Positions 9,681 to 19,068 of a DNA stretch of 64,000 nt are shown in pieces. The first letter of the stretch is position 1. Every line of letters begins with the position of its first letter. The position numbers were made by a program, and so were the translations under genes. The stretch comes from an uncultured Candidatus Saccharibacteria bacterium (GTDB taxonomy: Bacteria; Patescibacteriota; Minisyncoccia; Phycocordibacterales; UBA918), in the NCBI GenBank assembly GCA_964350735.1, contig CAYGKO010000002.1, positions 90,134 through 154,133 of the forward strand. Direction: 5' to 3'. The notes beneath the pieces were generated by a model, which ran no database searches, was not told where the DNA came from, and saw only the letters and a list, made by a program, of their open reading frames with translations.

Positions 9681-10010
9681 ATGAAATCCCTTAAATTCAA
9701 ACCCGAACTTTGTAAACAAATAGTAGCAGGCAGCAAGACTGCAACTTGGCGCTTGTTTGATGATAAAGATCTGACTGTAGGTGACAAGATTAAGTTCATC
9801 AACAAAGACACCCTGGAAGCTTTTGGCACAGGAGAGATTACCCGACTTACAACAAGAACGTTAAGTACCCTTACAGAAGATGACTGGAAGGGGCACGAAC
9901 GATTTACTTCTGAAGTCGAAATGTATGCGACATACCGCAGTTACTACGGAAACGCTGTTGACGAGAATACTGAAGTAAAGTTGATCACTTTCACTTTTCA
10001 AGCCAAGTAG
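9681..10010 (+). CDS. ASCH (PUA-like) domain protein
   Basis: 109 aa; N-terminal FKPELCKQIVAGSKTATWR resembles the ASCH signature; TAAATG junction with the upstream HD gene. Confidence 0.5.
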   Translation: MKSLKFKPELCKQIVAGSKTATWRLFDDKDLTVGDKIKFINKDTLEAFGTGEITRLTTRTLSTLTEDDWKGHERFTSEVEMYATYRSYYGNAVDENTEVKLITFTFQAK

Positions 10011-10045
10011 ATTTTTATTCACATCGTCATGCTACACTTTTCCTA

Positions 10046-10792
10046 ATGGAAGAAGTTACGTTAGACGCTAGCGCTTTTGCAGTAAAAACCGCGGTCTTTG
10101 AAGGACCGATGGAGCTTTTGTTGGAGCTGGTGGAAAAGCGAAAACTGCTCATTAATGACATTAGTCTGGCAACGGTAACCGATGAATACATGCGAGAAGT
10201 CTCGCTGATGCAAGAACAGTCACTCCCAAACACCGCGCAGTTTATTGCCCTCGCCGCCACACTACTTTTAATTAAATCCAAGTCACTCTTACCGATCCTT
10301 GACCTCACTCCAGAAGAAGAGGAGAGTATCGATGATCTTGAAGAGCGGCTTAAGCTTTACAAGATCTATCGTGACGCGGCGGCGCACGTCGAAGAACGCT
10401 TTGGCAAGCAGGTTATGCACTCACGACAGTTCATCGCCTCAACCGAACCAATCTTCACCACCGACAAATTCACTGAAGCAGGTGTCCTACAGCAAGCTAT
10501 CTGGGACGTCATCAGCTCACTCCCGAAAAAAGAAATCAAACCACGAGTACAAGTGCGCCCAGTCATATCACTGGAAGAAATGATCGACCGACTACATAAA
10601 CGAATTGAGAATCAACTAAAACTTCGTTTTAGCGAGCTGGTTGGTACTGAGCGGGAACATAAAACGGTGATTGTAGGCTTCCTGGCGGTCTTAGAGTCCG
10701 TCAAACAGGGGAGTATCCTCGTGGCGCAAGCCCAGCGCTTTGATGAGATACATATTGAAAAGGAAAAAACTGGAGCACCACGGTATTATTAA
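10046..10792 (+). CDS. scpA: segregation and condensation protein A
   Basis: N-terminal FEGPMELLLELVEKRKLLINDISLATVTDEYM matches the ScpA signature; TGCTACACT extended -10 lies 7 nt upstream. Confidence 0.8.
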   Translation: MEEVTLDASAFAVKTAVFEGPMELLLELVEKRKLLINDISLATVTDEYMREVSLMQEQSLPNTAQFIALAATLLLIKSKSLLPILDLTPEEEESIDDLEERLKLYKIYRDAAAHVEERFGKQVMHSRQFIASTEPIFTTDKFTEAGVLQQAIWDVISSLPKKEIKPRVQVRPVISLEEMIDRLHKRIENQLKLRFSELVGTEREHKTVIVGFLAVLESVKQGSILVAQAQRFDEIHIEKEKTGAPRYY

Positions 10793-11313
10793 AAATTTAG
10801 GGGCCACGCCAGAGTATGACGTAGCCCCATGGGGTTGCGAATCCCGGTCAGATCAAGGTAATCGAAACTTGACTGACGGTACGGTTTCGTGTGTTATGAA
10901 CATATTGCACCTCCGTGCAAAACTGTGATTGAGGTAAAAGTAATATCAATAAGTCTCCTTACGACATTAACTCCTACCGAAGCTGACATGAAATTGTGCG
11001 CTTCCGTTAAACGCTATTTCAGTCAACTTCATTTCAGCCCAGCGATGAACGTGCCGCTCATTGCTAGGCTGTATGCCGGCGCCGTCGATCAGGTTGTGAT
11101 CGACGCCTCGCCGTCGGACAAAAGGAAATTATTGAGAAAAGCCAAACGGCCAGGGTCAAATCCTTTCATATTGTTCCCTCCATTGGGGCGGCATGCCCCG
11201 GAACAAAAATACTTTAACATATATAAAATTTATGTCAACTATTTTTGATCAAAAGATAGCTGTACAAAACAGGCGAAACTGGGGCGTATTTCTGTTAGAA
11301 TAGAGCTACAACT

Positions 11314-11847
11314 ATGACGTTAGAGCAAAAACTGGAGGGGGTGCTGTTTTATAAGGCAGCGCCAATGAAGAAGAACGCCTTACTGAAGCTTTTTGAAGTG
11401 TCTGACGAGGAGCTACACACCGCCAGCACCGCTCTAGCAGAACGACTCACGAGTGGCGCTACCAGACTCCTCACCACTGATACTGAAGTTGAGCTAGTGA
11501 CAGCCTCTGAACTCGATGAACTGATTGAATCAATCAGAAAAGATGAAATGAAGCGTGACATCGGTAAAGCCGGAGCTGAAACACTAGCTATTGTCCTATA
11601 CCGTGGCCCGGTCACGCGAACCGATATCGACCGTGTCCGAGGTGTAAACTCGTCATTTATCCTACGGAATTTACTAGTACGCGGACTAGTTGAAAAAAGT
11701 GGGGAAGGGCGCAACGTGAAATACGCCGCCTCAGCTTCACTCTTAGCCCATCTTGGTGTGAGCGATAAAACCGCCATGCCCGGCTTTGCAGACATCATGA
11801 ACACTTTAGATGCGCACGAAAAACAACTTGATGCAGAAACTATATGA
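11314..11847 (+). CDS. scpB: segregation and condensation protein B
   Basis: Winged-helix repeats with GPVTRTDIDRVRGV and ILRNLLVRGLV, typical of ScpB. Confidence 0.8.
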   Translation: MTLEQKLEGVLFYKAAPMKKNALLKLFEVSDEELHTASTALAERLTSGATRLLTTDTEVELVTASELDELIESIRKDEMKRDIGKAGAETLAIVLYRGPVTRTDIDRVRGVNSSFILRNLLVRGLVEKSGEGRNVKYAASASLLAHLGVSDKTAMPGFADIMNTLDAHEKQLDAETI

Positions 11848-12833
11848 TTGAGCCTGAAACAATCGAAGAATCCCATGTCCCTGTAGTACAGCAGTTGGCA
11901 GTTATCGCCGTTATTTTACTGCTGATTTTTGGCACTGGCTTCGCTCCTCGTATTTTCGCTCGCTGGCAAGACAAAACTCCCGTCACTGATGTGGTAATCG
12001 AATATACTGAAGATCACGTGGTTACCTCACCAGAAAAACAGCAAGAAATCAAAAAAACCTTGAACGACATAAACATTACCGGTCAATCTGCCTTTGTCTG
12101 GGATATCAATGCGCAGAAAATGTTGTACCAGAAGAATCCCGATGAGCAGTTACCGATCGCCTCCATTACTAAACTCATGACCGCCTTGGTCGCTCACGAA
12201 CTACTTGAAGGAAGTGAAGCCGTGGAAGTGACACTATCAGCCATTCAGCAGGATGGAGCGAGCGGGTTTGTAGATGGTGAATCATTTACTCTCCAGTCAC
12301 TTACGGATCTTACGTTAGTTTCTTCTTCAAACGATGGAGCTTTTGCTCTAGCTGCAAACGTAGGAGCGTTACTCGCTCCACAAGGTGACGCTGGTACATT
12401 TGTACAAGCCATGAATATCAGAGCTAAAGAACTTGGTTTAGATCAAACCTATTTCCGTAATCCAACTGGGCTAGATATTAGTCAGTCAGAAGCCGGTGCG
12501 TATAGTTCAGCGCGCGATATTACCTTCTTACTTGAATATATTTTGAAGCACAATCCTGAAGTAGTAGAAGGCACAGATGCCTCTCGGGTACAGATCTACA
12601 ACGCCAATGGTGCTTACCACGCCGCCAACAACACCAATGCCGCTATCGACGAACTCGCTGGTCTCATTGCCTCAAAAACCGGCTATACCGAACTAGCCGG
12701 CGGCAATCTTGCCATTGCGTTTGATGCCAGCTTGAATCGGCCAGTAGTGGTGGTGGTACTAGGATCCACTCGCAGCGAACGCTTCTCTGACGTTGTAGCA
12801 CTCTCTGAAGCAGTCAGATCAATAACTAACTAG
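11844..12833 (+). CDS. D-alanyl-D-alanine carboxypeptidase (S11 PBP5/6-like)
   Basis: SITK (SxxK), SSSND (SxN) and KTGYT (KTG) motifs; N-terminal TM anchor. Confidence 0.75.
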   Translation: MIEPETIEESHVPVVQQLAVIAVILLLIFGTGFAPRIFARWQDKTPVTDVVIEYTEDHVVTSPEKQQEIKKTLNDINITGQSAFVWDINAQKMLYQKNPDEQLPIASITKLMTALVAHELLEGSEAVEVTLSAIQQDGASGFVDGESFTLQSLTDLTLVSSSNDGAFALAANVGALLAPQGDAGTFVQAMNIRAKELGLDQTYFRNPTGLDISQSEAGAYSSARDITFLLEYILKHNPEVVEGTDASRVQIYNANGAYHAANNTNAAIDELAGLIASKTGYTELAGGNLAIAFDASLNRPVVVVVLGSTRSERFSDVVALSEAVRSITN

Positions 12834-12837
12834 TTCT

Positions 12838-13911
12838 ATGGAATCACTTATTATCAAAGTATTTGCACCTACCGCCATAGCGTTTTTCATGGGTATTGCA
12901 ATCACACCGTTTGTAACTCATTACCTCTACAAATGGAAAGCCTGGAAAAAACAATCTGGTAAAGGAGCTGGGTATGGCGGCGGCGGAACACCGATCTTTG
13001 ACGAGTTACACAAAGAAAAAGATACTAACACACCTCGCATGGGCGGGATCATCATCTGGGCGAGTGTCTTACTTACAATGGTACTCATTATGATAGCTGA
13101 ATGGGTGATTCCTGGCGAAGGAGTGCGCTCTCTCAACTTCTTAAGTCGAGAACAAACCTGGCTACCGCTTTTTGCCCTCTTAGTTGGAGCCGCCGTTGGA
13201 TTTGCTGATGATTTGTTAGTAGTGCGGGGTACAGGAAAACATTTCGCTGGTGGTCTACCACTTTCACAACGCCTGATCATGGTGGGATTTACAGCCCTGT
13301 TTAGCGCCTGGTGGTTCTACGAAAAATTGGATGTAAGTGGCATTAACTTAATTGGTTATGGTCCAGTGGAGATGGGTATCTATTTCATTCCATTCTTTGT
13401 TTTTATTGCAACTTGTGTCTATATGAGCAGCGTAATTGACGGTATTGACGGTCTGTCCGGAGGGGTGTTCATGTTTATTTTTACTGCCTATGCTGGTATC
13501 GCATTCTTTCAAGAGCAGTACGACATTGCTGCTCTCTGTGCCACTATCGTCGGAGGCATCTTAGCTTTTCTTTGGTTTAACGTTCCACCAGCACGCTTCT
13601 ATATGACCGAGACAGGCATTATGGCGCTCACTATGTGCCTAACTGTTGTTGCCTTTATGACCGACAGCCTCGGAGGCGGGGAAGGGGTGTCGGTACTACC
13701 GGTGATCGGATTTCTACTGGTTGTTACTGTCGCCTCTAATACCCTGCAGATACTCTCTAAAAAAATTAGAGGCAAGAAAGTCTTTTTAGTCGCACCCATC
13801 CATCATCACTTCGAAGCCCTTGGCTGGCCTGCACATAAAGTTACTATGCGATATTGGATCCTTGGTTTCGTTTCCGCAGTTATCGGAATGTTACTCGCGA
13901 TCGCTCTATAA
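12838..13911 (+). CDS. mraY: phospho-N-acetylmuramoyl-pentapeptide transferase
   Basis: Multi-TM protein with DDLL, DGIDGL and HHHFE motifs of MraY. Confidence 0.9.
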   Translation: MESLIIKVFAPTAIAFFMGIAITPFVTHYLYKWKAWKKQSGKGAGYGGGGTPIFDELHKEKDTNTPRMGGIIIWASVLLTMVLIMIAEWVIPGEGVRSLNFLSREQTWLPLFALLVGAAVGFADDLLVVRGTGKHFAGGLPLSQRLIMVGFTALFSAWWFYEKLDVSGINLIGYGPVEMGIYFIPFFVFIATCVYMSSVIDGIDGLSGGVFMFIFTAYAGIAFFQEQYDIAALCATIVGGILAFLWFNVPPARFYMTETGIMALTMCLTVVAFMTDSLGGGEGVSVLPVIGFLLVVTVASNTLQILSKKIRGKKVFLVAPIHHHFEALGWPAHKVTMRYWILGFVSAVIGMLLAIAL

Positions 13912-13913
13912 GT

Positions 13914-15011
13914 ATGGAGAAGCGAGTTGATCGAATTCTACTCGGGATTATTTCACTTTTAGTGATTGGCGGTTTCTTTATATTTACTTCGGCTTCACTT
14001 GGTCTACTGGCCCGCGACGGAGCTCGCTTCACTTCTGTAGCAACCAGTCAGATTCTATTTGGAATTATCGGTGGTAGTATCGCCCTATTTGTGGCTAGTC
14101 AAATCTACTACCGGAACTGGCGCCAGTATGCGTTTTATATCTTTCTTGCCAGCATTGCCCTGACCTTACTAGTATTTGTCCCGGGCATTGGTTTTAGTCA
14201 TGGTGGAGCACAACGGTGGATTTTAATTGGTGGATTCTCTTTTCAGCCTGCCGAATTCCTAAAAGTAGCTTTTATTATCTACATGGCCACTTGGCTCTCC
14301 GGAATGCAAAAATACATTGCAGACACCCTGCGTGGCACTTTACCGTTTGCTGGAATTGTTGGGGGAGTAGGGATTGTTATGCTATTGCAACCAGACACTG
14401 ACACCTTCCTTATTATGGCCACGGCAGCTACCGCTATGTTCATTATCGCTGGTGGACGCTGGCGTGATGTGGCTCTTATGGGTGTGGCTGCCCTCGGTCT
14501 GGTTTTGCTACTGGCCTTCACTCGACCCTATATCATGGATCGTATTACAAGCTTTATGAATCCTGATTTAGATCCACTCGGCTCTAGCTACCAGGTACAA
14601 CAGTCACTGATTGCGGTTGGGTCAGGTGGTCTCACTGGACGCGGTTTTGGTCAAAGTATCCAAAAATTTGAATACTTACCTGAACCCATCGGTGACTCTA
14701 TTTTTGCAGTCTACGCTGAAGAATTTGGCTTCCTCGGCAGCGTGATGCTAATCCTGATCTTGTCTTTCTTTACCTTCCGCGGTTACAAAATTGCCTCACA
14801 TGCCAAAGACCAATTCGGCATGCTGTTGGTCGTGGGAATCATGACCCTGATTGTGATACAGGCCTTTCTCAACATAGCCTCGATGGTGGCGCTATTTCCC
14901 ATGTCAGGATTGCCATTACCATTCATAAGTCACGGCGGAACAGCCTTGCTCGCCACACTTGGGGCCGTTGGGATTGTATTGAATGTGTCTAAGTACCAAA
15001 AGAAACTTTAG
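13914..15011 (+). CDS. ftsW: SEDS-family peptidoglycan polymerase FtsW/RodA
   Basis: Ten-TM SEDS protein with PMSGLPLPFISHGG near the C-terminus; ATG at 13914 lies 2 nt after the mraY stop (track start 13854 overlaps mraY). Confidence 0.85.
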   Translation: MEKRVDRILLGIISLLVIGGFFIFTSASLGLLARDGARFTSVATSQILFGIIGGSIALFVASQIYYRNWRQYAFYIFLASIALTLLVFVPGIGFSHGGAQRWILIGGFSFQPAEFLKVAFIIYMATWLSGMQKYIADTLRGTLPFAGIVGGVGIVMLLQPDTDTFLIMATAATAMFIIAGGRWRDVALMGVAALGLVLLLAFTRPYIMDRITSFMNPDLDPLGSSYQVQQSLIAVGSGGLTGRGFGQSIQKFEYLPEPIGDSIFAVYAEEFGFLGSVMLILILSFFTFRGYKIASHAKDQFGMLLVVGIMTLIVIQAFLNIASMVALFPMSGLPLPFISHGGTALLATLGAVGIVLNVSKYQKKL

Positions 15012-15037
15012 GTAATCAAGTATACTTATACATAATC

Positions 15038-16165
15038 ATGACACGGATTATTTTAGTTGGCGGGGGCACAGGTGGACATTTTTATCCGCTTATTGCGATT
15101 GCTGAAGCAATTCGTGAACGTGATCAAGTTGCTGGCACTACCACAGACTTACGATACATTGGACCAGAACCCTACAACCAAACAGCTCTTGACGCGCTCA
15201 ATATTTCTTACATTCATTGCCCGGCTGGTAAACAACGCCGCTACGCTTCGATCCGTAACTTCTTTGATAAATTTACTAGTATCTATGGCTCCTTCGTTGC
15301 CATGATTAAACTCTTAATCATCTACCCAGATGTCATCATGAGTAAAGGTGGCTTTACGAGTGTGCCAGTAGTCCTAGCCGCTGGTTTTCTACGTATCCCA
15401 CTCGTGATTCATGACTCTGATGCGGTCCCAGGAAAAGCGAACAAAATTGCCGCCAAGCTTGCTCGTTACATTGCAATATCATACGAAGACGCTGTCCAAT
15501 TTTTCCCTGCTGGGAAAACAGCCCTTACTGGTATCCCAATTCGTAAATCCTTTTTTACACCGATTGTTGATCCCCGAGCAACGCTCGGCATCACTAGTGC
15601 ATTGCCGATCATCTTTATTACCGGGGGCTCAACTGGCGCCGAACGTATCAACAATTTAATTCTCGATTCTTTAGACGAACTACTGCCTAAATATATTCTC
15701 ATCCACCAAGCTGGTGAAGCAAATGAAGTTGCAGTGAAACAAACTGCGAGCGCATTGATTACCGATCAAAAACTTCTGAACCGGTATTTCATTCTTGGAC
15801 ACATGCCGGGTGATATTTTCTCAGCTGCCCAAAGTGCGGCCAGTATTATCATTTCTAGAGCAGGAAGTGGCACTATTGCAGAGATTGCCCTAAAGGGGAA
15901 GCCCAGCATTATTATTCCAATTCCTGAAGACATCAGTCATGACCAGCGCACTAATGCGTTTGCATACGCCCGTACCGGCGCTGCTTCAGTGATTGAAGAA
16001 GAGAACCTCACTGACGGACTTCTGACCGCTGAAATAACGCGTATACTCAGCGATGAATCAGTCCGTACTAGCATGAGCGCTGCCGCTAAAGCCTTTACAC
16101 ATCCAGACGCAGCCTATACACTCGCAGATACTTTACTAGGTATAGCCTCAGAACATGAACAATAA
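15038..16165 (+). CDS. murG: UDP-GlcNAc:undecaprenyl-PP-MurNAc-pentapeptide GlcNAc transferase
   Basis: N-terminal GGGTGGHFYP glycosyltransferase-28 motif and C-terminal G-loop. Confidence 0.85.
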   Translation: MTRIILVGGGTGGHFYPLIAIAEAIRERDQVAGTTTDLRYIGPEPYNQTALDALNISYIHCPAGKQRRYASIRNFFDKFTSIYGSFVAMIKLLIIYPDVIMSKGGFTSVPVVLAAGFLRIPLVIHDSDAVPGKANKIAAKLARYIAISYEDAVQFFPAGKTALTGIPIRKSFFTPIVDPRATLGITSALPIIFITGGSTGAERINNLILDSLDELLPKYILIHQAGEANEVAVKQTASALITDQKLLNRYFILGHMPGDIFSAAQSAASIIISRAGSGTIAEIALKGKPSIIIPIPEDISHDQRTNAFAYARTGAASVIEEENLTDGLLTAEITRILSDESVRTSMSAAAKAFTHPDAAYTLADTLLGIASEHEQ

Positions 16166-17606
16166 AATTGTCACCAGATTCGCTCCGTCACCAACTGGTT
16201 TTATGCACATAGGTGGTGTTCGAACTGCTCTATATGCTCACATGGCAGCTGCCAAATCTGACGGTACGTTTATTTTGCGAATTGAAGACACCGATAAAGA
16301 ACGTGAAGTAGACGGCTCGATTGAGCATATTAAAGAATCCCTTACGTGGCTTGGAATCGACTGGGAGTACGGACCAGATAAACCCGGGCCATTTGGATCA
16401 TGCATTCAATCTGAACGTCTCAGCACCTACCAAGTATGGGCCCAAAAACTGATCGACAAAGGACTGGCCTACCCCGACCCATATACGCAAGACGAGATCA
16501 ATAAATTTCGTGAAGTCGCCCAAGCAGAGAAGCGGCCATTTCTATACCGAAATCATCGACCTGAAACATTTGGAGTTTGGGACGGATCTGTCCCATTGCG
16601 ATTCAAGACACCTGAAATCAAACGCTACAGCTGGACAGACGAAGTCCGAGGCGAACTAACGGCCGGGGAAGAAACATTGGATGATTTTATTTTGATAAAA
16701 AGTGATGGCTACCCAACCTATAACTTCGCTCATATTGTTGACGACTTTGAAATGGGTGTCACTCATGTCATGCGCGGGGATGAATTTATCTCCAGCACGT
16801 CAAAGTTTCTGAGTCTCTACGATGCGCTAGAAATACCATACCCAAAGTTTATTTCATTGCCTCCGATCATGGCCGCTGACGGGAAGAAAAAACTTGGAAA
16901 AAGAGATGGTGCAAAAGACCTTTTAGAGTACCGCACTGAAGGCTATCTGACTGAGACAATGCGTAATTTTTTAGCTTTAATAGGCTGGAATCCAGGCGGT
17001 GAACAAGAAGTATTTCCAGGAGATACTTTACAAGCTGCTTTTAGTATAGGAAAAATTCAAAAGTCTGGTGGTGCATTTAATGAAGAGAAGCTGTTATGGA
17101 TGAACAAGCAATATCTTGATCGACAAACTGAAGAATTCAAACAAGCCTATTTTGTAGACTCACTACCGGCCTCGATTACAGCCCTACCTCTATACTCCGA
17201 AAAACAAGCTGAACGCCTACAGCCGGCTGTATTTGATCGTATCCACACCAAGACAGAAATTATTACTGCCGCCGAAGCAGGAGACTACAACTGGGCTTTT
17301 GCACCAATTACCGTAGAAACTACTATGTTAGCCTGGAAAAATGACGATAGCGCTGCGGCTGCTGTACCGCGACTAAAGAAAGTTCTCGAACTACTCGCGA
17401 CAGCTGATTTCAGTACCCCAGAGACACTGAAGACCGCTCTCTGGCCTTACGCCGAAGAAGTTGGAAAAGGTGAGGTGCTCTGGCCGCTTCGAGTTGCGCT
17501 CACTGGGGCAGAACGTTCACCTGATCCATTCTCGTGCTTATATATCCTCCAAAGAGAAGAATCTATCCAGCGTATCAAAGCAGCTTGTGATAAAATAGGG
17601 GCGTAA
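16155..17606 (+). CDS. gltX: glutamyl-tRNA synthetase
   Basis: RFAPSPTGFMHIGGVRTAL HIGH region and KLGKRDG KMSKS variant. Confidence 0.9.
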   Translation: MNNKIVTRFAPSPTGFMHIGGVRTALYAHMAAAKSDGTFILRIEDTDKEREVDGSIEHIKESLTWLGIDWEYGPDKPGPFGSCIQSERLSTYQVWAQKLIDKGLAYPDPYTQDEINKFREVAQAEKRPFLYRNHRPETFGVWDGSVPLRFKTPEIKRYSWTDEVRGELTAGEETLDDFILIKSDGYPTYNFAHIVDDFEMGVTHVMRGDEFISSTSKFLSLYDALEIPYPKFISLPPIMAADGKKKLGKRDGAKDLLEYRTEGYLTETMRNFLALIGWNPGGEQEVFPGDTLQAAFSIGKIQKSGGAFNEEKLLWMNKQYLDRQTEEFKQAYFVDSLPASITALPLYSEKQAERLQPAVFDRIHTKTEIITAAEAGDYNWAFAPITVETTMLAWKNDDSAAAAVPRLKKVLELLATADFSTPETLKTALWPYAEEVGKGEVLWPLRVALTGAERSPDPFSCLYILQREESIQRIKAACDKIGA

Positions 17607-18913
17607 TGTCCGCATCGTGCATTAGAGCTTTCGTATTAGGGGTATGTATTATTCCGCTGCTTTCAAGTGGTTTGCATTTTACTAGTACCGCCAATGCCCA
17701 AAGCGAAGTAGAAAAGCTCCAGTCAGAGATTGCAGACCGAAACAATCGACTAGAAGAAATTGAAAAAGAAATTACTGAGTTTGAAGGCGCGCTAGCAGAA
17801 GTAGGGGCAGAGAAAAGCACACTCCAAAGTGCTATCAATAAACTCGAATTAGAACGACGAAAAGTAAATGCCGATCTTTCATATACTCAAAACCAAATCA
17901 GCTCAACTGATTTACAGATTAGTAAGCTTACTATCGAAATCGGCGCTGCTGAAAATAAAATTAACAGCAATGAGTCAGCGGTTGCTGAAATTATCCGTAC
18001 CATCAATTCCTCTGATGATGACTCTCTGATCGAAATTCTCCTTACTCATCAAAATATTTCAGAATTCTGGGGTACTCTTGAAGATTTAGACTCCGTTAAA
18101 CGAGCCATGGGTGACCAAGTAAAAGAACTCTTAGATTTAAAGACGACGATGGAAACGAAGCGCGAACAAGAAACACAGAAGCGAGACAGTCTAGACACAC
18201 TCAAAAGCAAGTACGGCGGTCAACAAGCTGTCTTAGAAAATAACAAGGCTGAGAAAGATCAGCTTTTACAAGCTACAAAGAATGAAGAAGCGAGCTACCA
18301 AAACCTTCTCCAAACTAAACTAGACGCTCGGGAGCAGTTACGCAGGGAAGTACAGGACATTGAATCACAACTACAATTCATTCTTGACCCTAATACCATC
18401 CCAACTCCAGGCACACCAGTCTTTCGCTGGCCGCTTGATAATGTAATCATCACCCAGCGCTTTGGATACACTCGCTTCGCACTTTCTGGTGCCTATGGAG
18501 GGAGTCAACACAATGGTATGGACTTAGGTGCGCCCGTAGGCACACCACTCTACGCGCCTCTCACCGGAACCGTCCGCAACGTCGGCAACACCGACGCGGT
18601 TCCTGGCTGTTATTCTTGGGGTAAATGGCTCTTGATTGACCACCCTAATGGTCTCTCAACTATGTTCGCCCACATGAGTCATATTAGCGTCACACCAGGT
18701 CAAAGTATAAGTACCGGCGACATCGTGGGATACGTTGGCAATACTGGCTACTCAACCGGCCCGCACCTCCACTACACCCTGTATGTTTCTGACGCTGTCC
18801 AAGTAAAGAAATTCAATGAATTTAAAGCTGTTACCGGCTGTGGAGCTGCTCTTTCGCCATTCTCGGCCATCGAAGGCTACCTTGATCCACTCGACTTCTT
18901 ACCACCCCGCTAA
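17606..18913 (+). CDS. M23 peptidase with N-terminal coiled coil (EnvC-like)
   Basis: Signal/TM segment, long coiled coil, C-terminal HNGMDLGAP...GPHLHYTLY M23 zinc site. Confidence 0.8.
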   Translation: MSASCIRAFVLGVCIIPLLSSGLHFTSTANAQSEVEKLQSEIADRNNRLEEIEKEITEFEGALAEVGAEKSTLQSAINKLELERRKVNADLSYTQNQISSTDLQISKLTIEIGAAENKINSNESAVAEIIRTINSSDDDSLIEILLTHQNISEFWGTLEDLDSVKRAMGDQVKELLDLKTTMETKREQETQKRDSLDTLKSKYGGQQAVLENNKAEKDQLLQATKNEEASYQNLLQTKLDAREQLRREVQDIESQLQFILDPNTIPTPGTPVFRWPLDNVIITQRFGYTRFALSGAYGGSQHNGMDLGAPVGTPLYAPLTGTVRNVGNTDAVPGCYSWGKWLLIDHPNGLSTMFAHMSHISVTPGQSISTGDIVGYVGNTGYSTGPHLHYTLYVSDAVQVKKFNEFKAVTGCGAALSPFSAIEGYLDPLDFLPPR

Positions 18914-19008
18914 ACTGTGGAAAAGTCCTTGATATCGTGGGGACAAGGTGGGGAAGGGATGCTATTATAAGTGTGCGATGCACTGCATCGTAGGAACTTA
19001 CCCCTCCA

Positions 19009-19032
19009 AAAGCCCGCAAACAGCGGGCTTTC
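19009..19032 (+). terminator. rho-independent terminator
   Basis: AAGCCCGC-aaaca-GCGGGCTT hairpin downstream of the M23 gene. Confidence 0.45.
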
Positions 19033-19068
19033 GGGTCAAACTCTCTACGACAGCAACAGTGCTACACT

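Noticed and set aside
10836-10860. T-arm-like GGGGTTGCGAATCCC as a tRNA gene
   Set aside because: No acceptor, D-arm or anticodon-arm pairing can be drawn around it.
11349-11876. 175-aa antisense ORF opposite scpB, and similar long antisense ORFs (20587..21138 opposite gnd, 37133..37522 and 37540..37917 inside ctpA, 46414..46917 and 47755..48222 inside the ATPase, 56650..57363 inside the helicase)
   Set aside because: These are shadow ORFs with Ser/Arg/Pro-rich low-complexity translations, lying opposite genes that carry clear family motifs.
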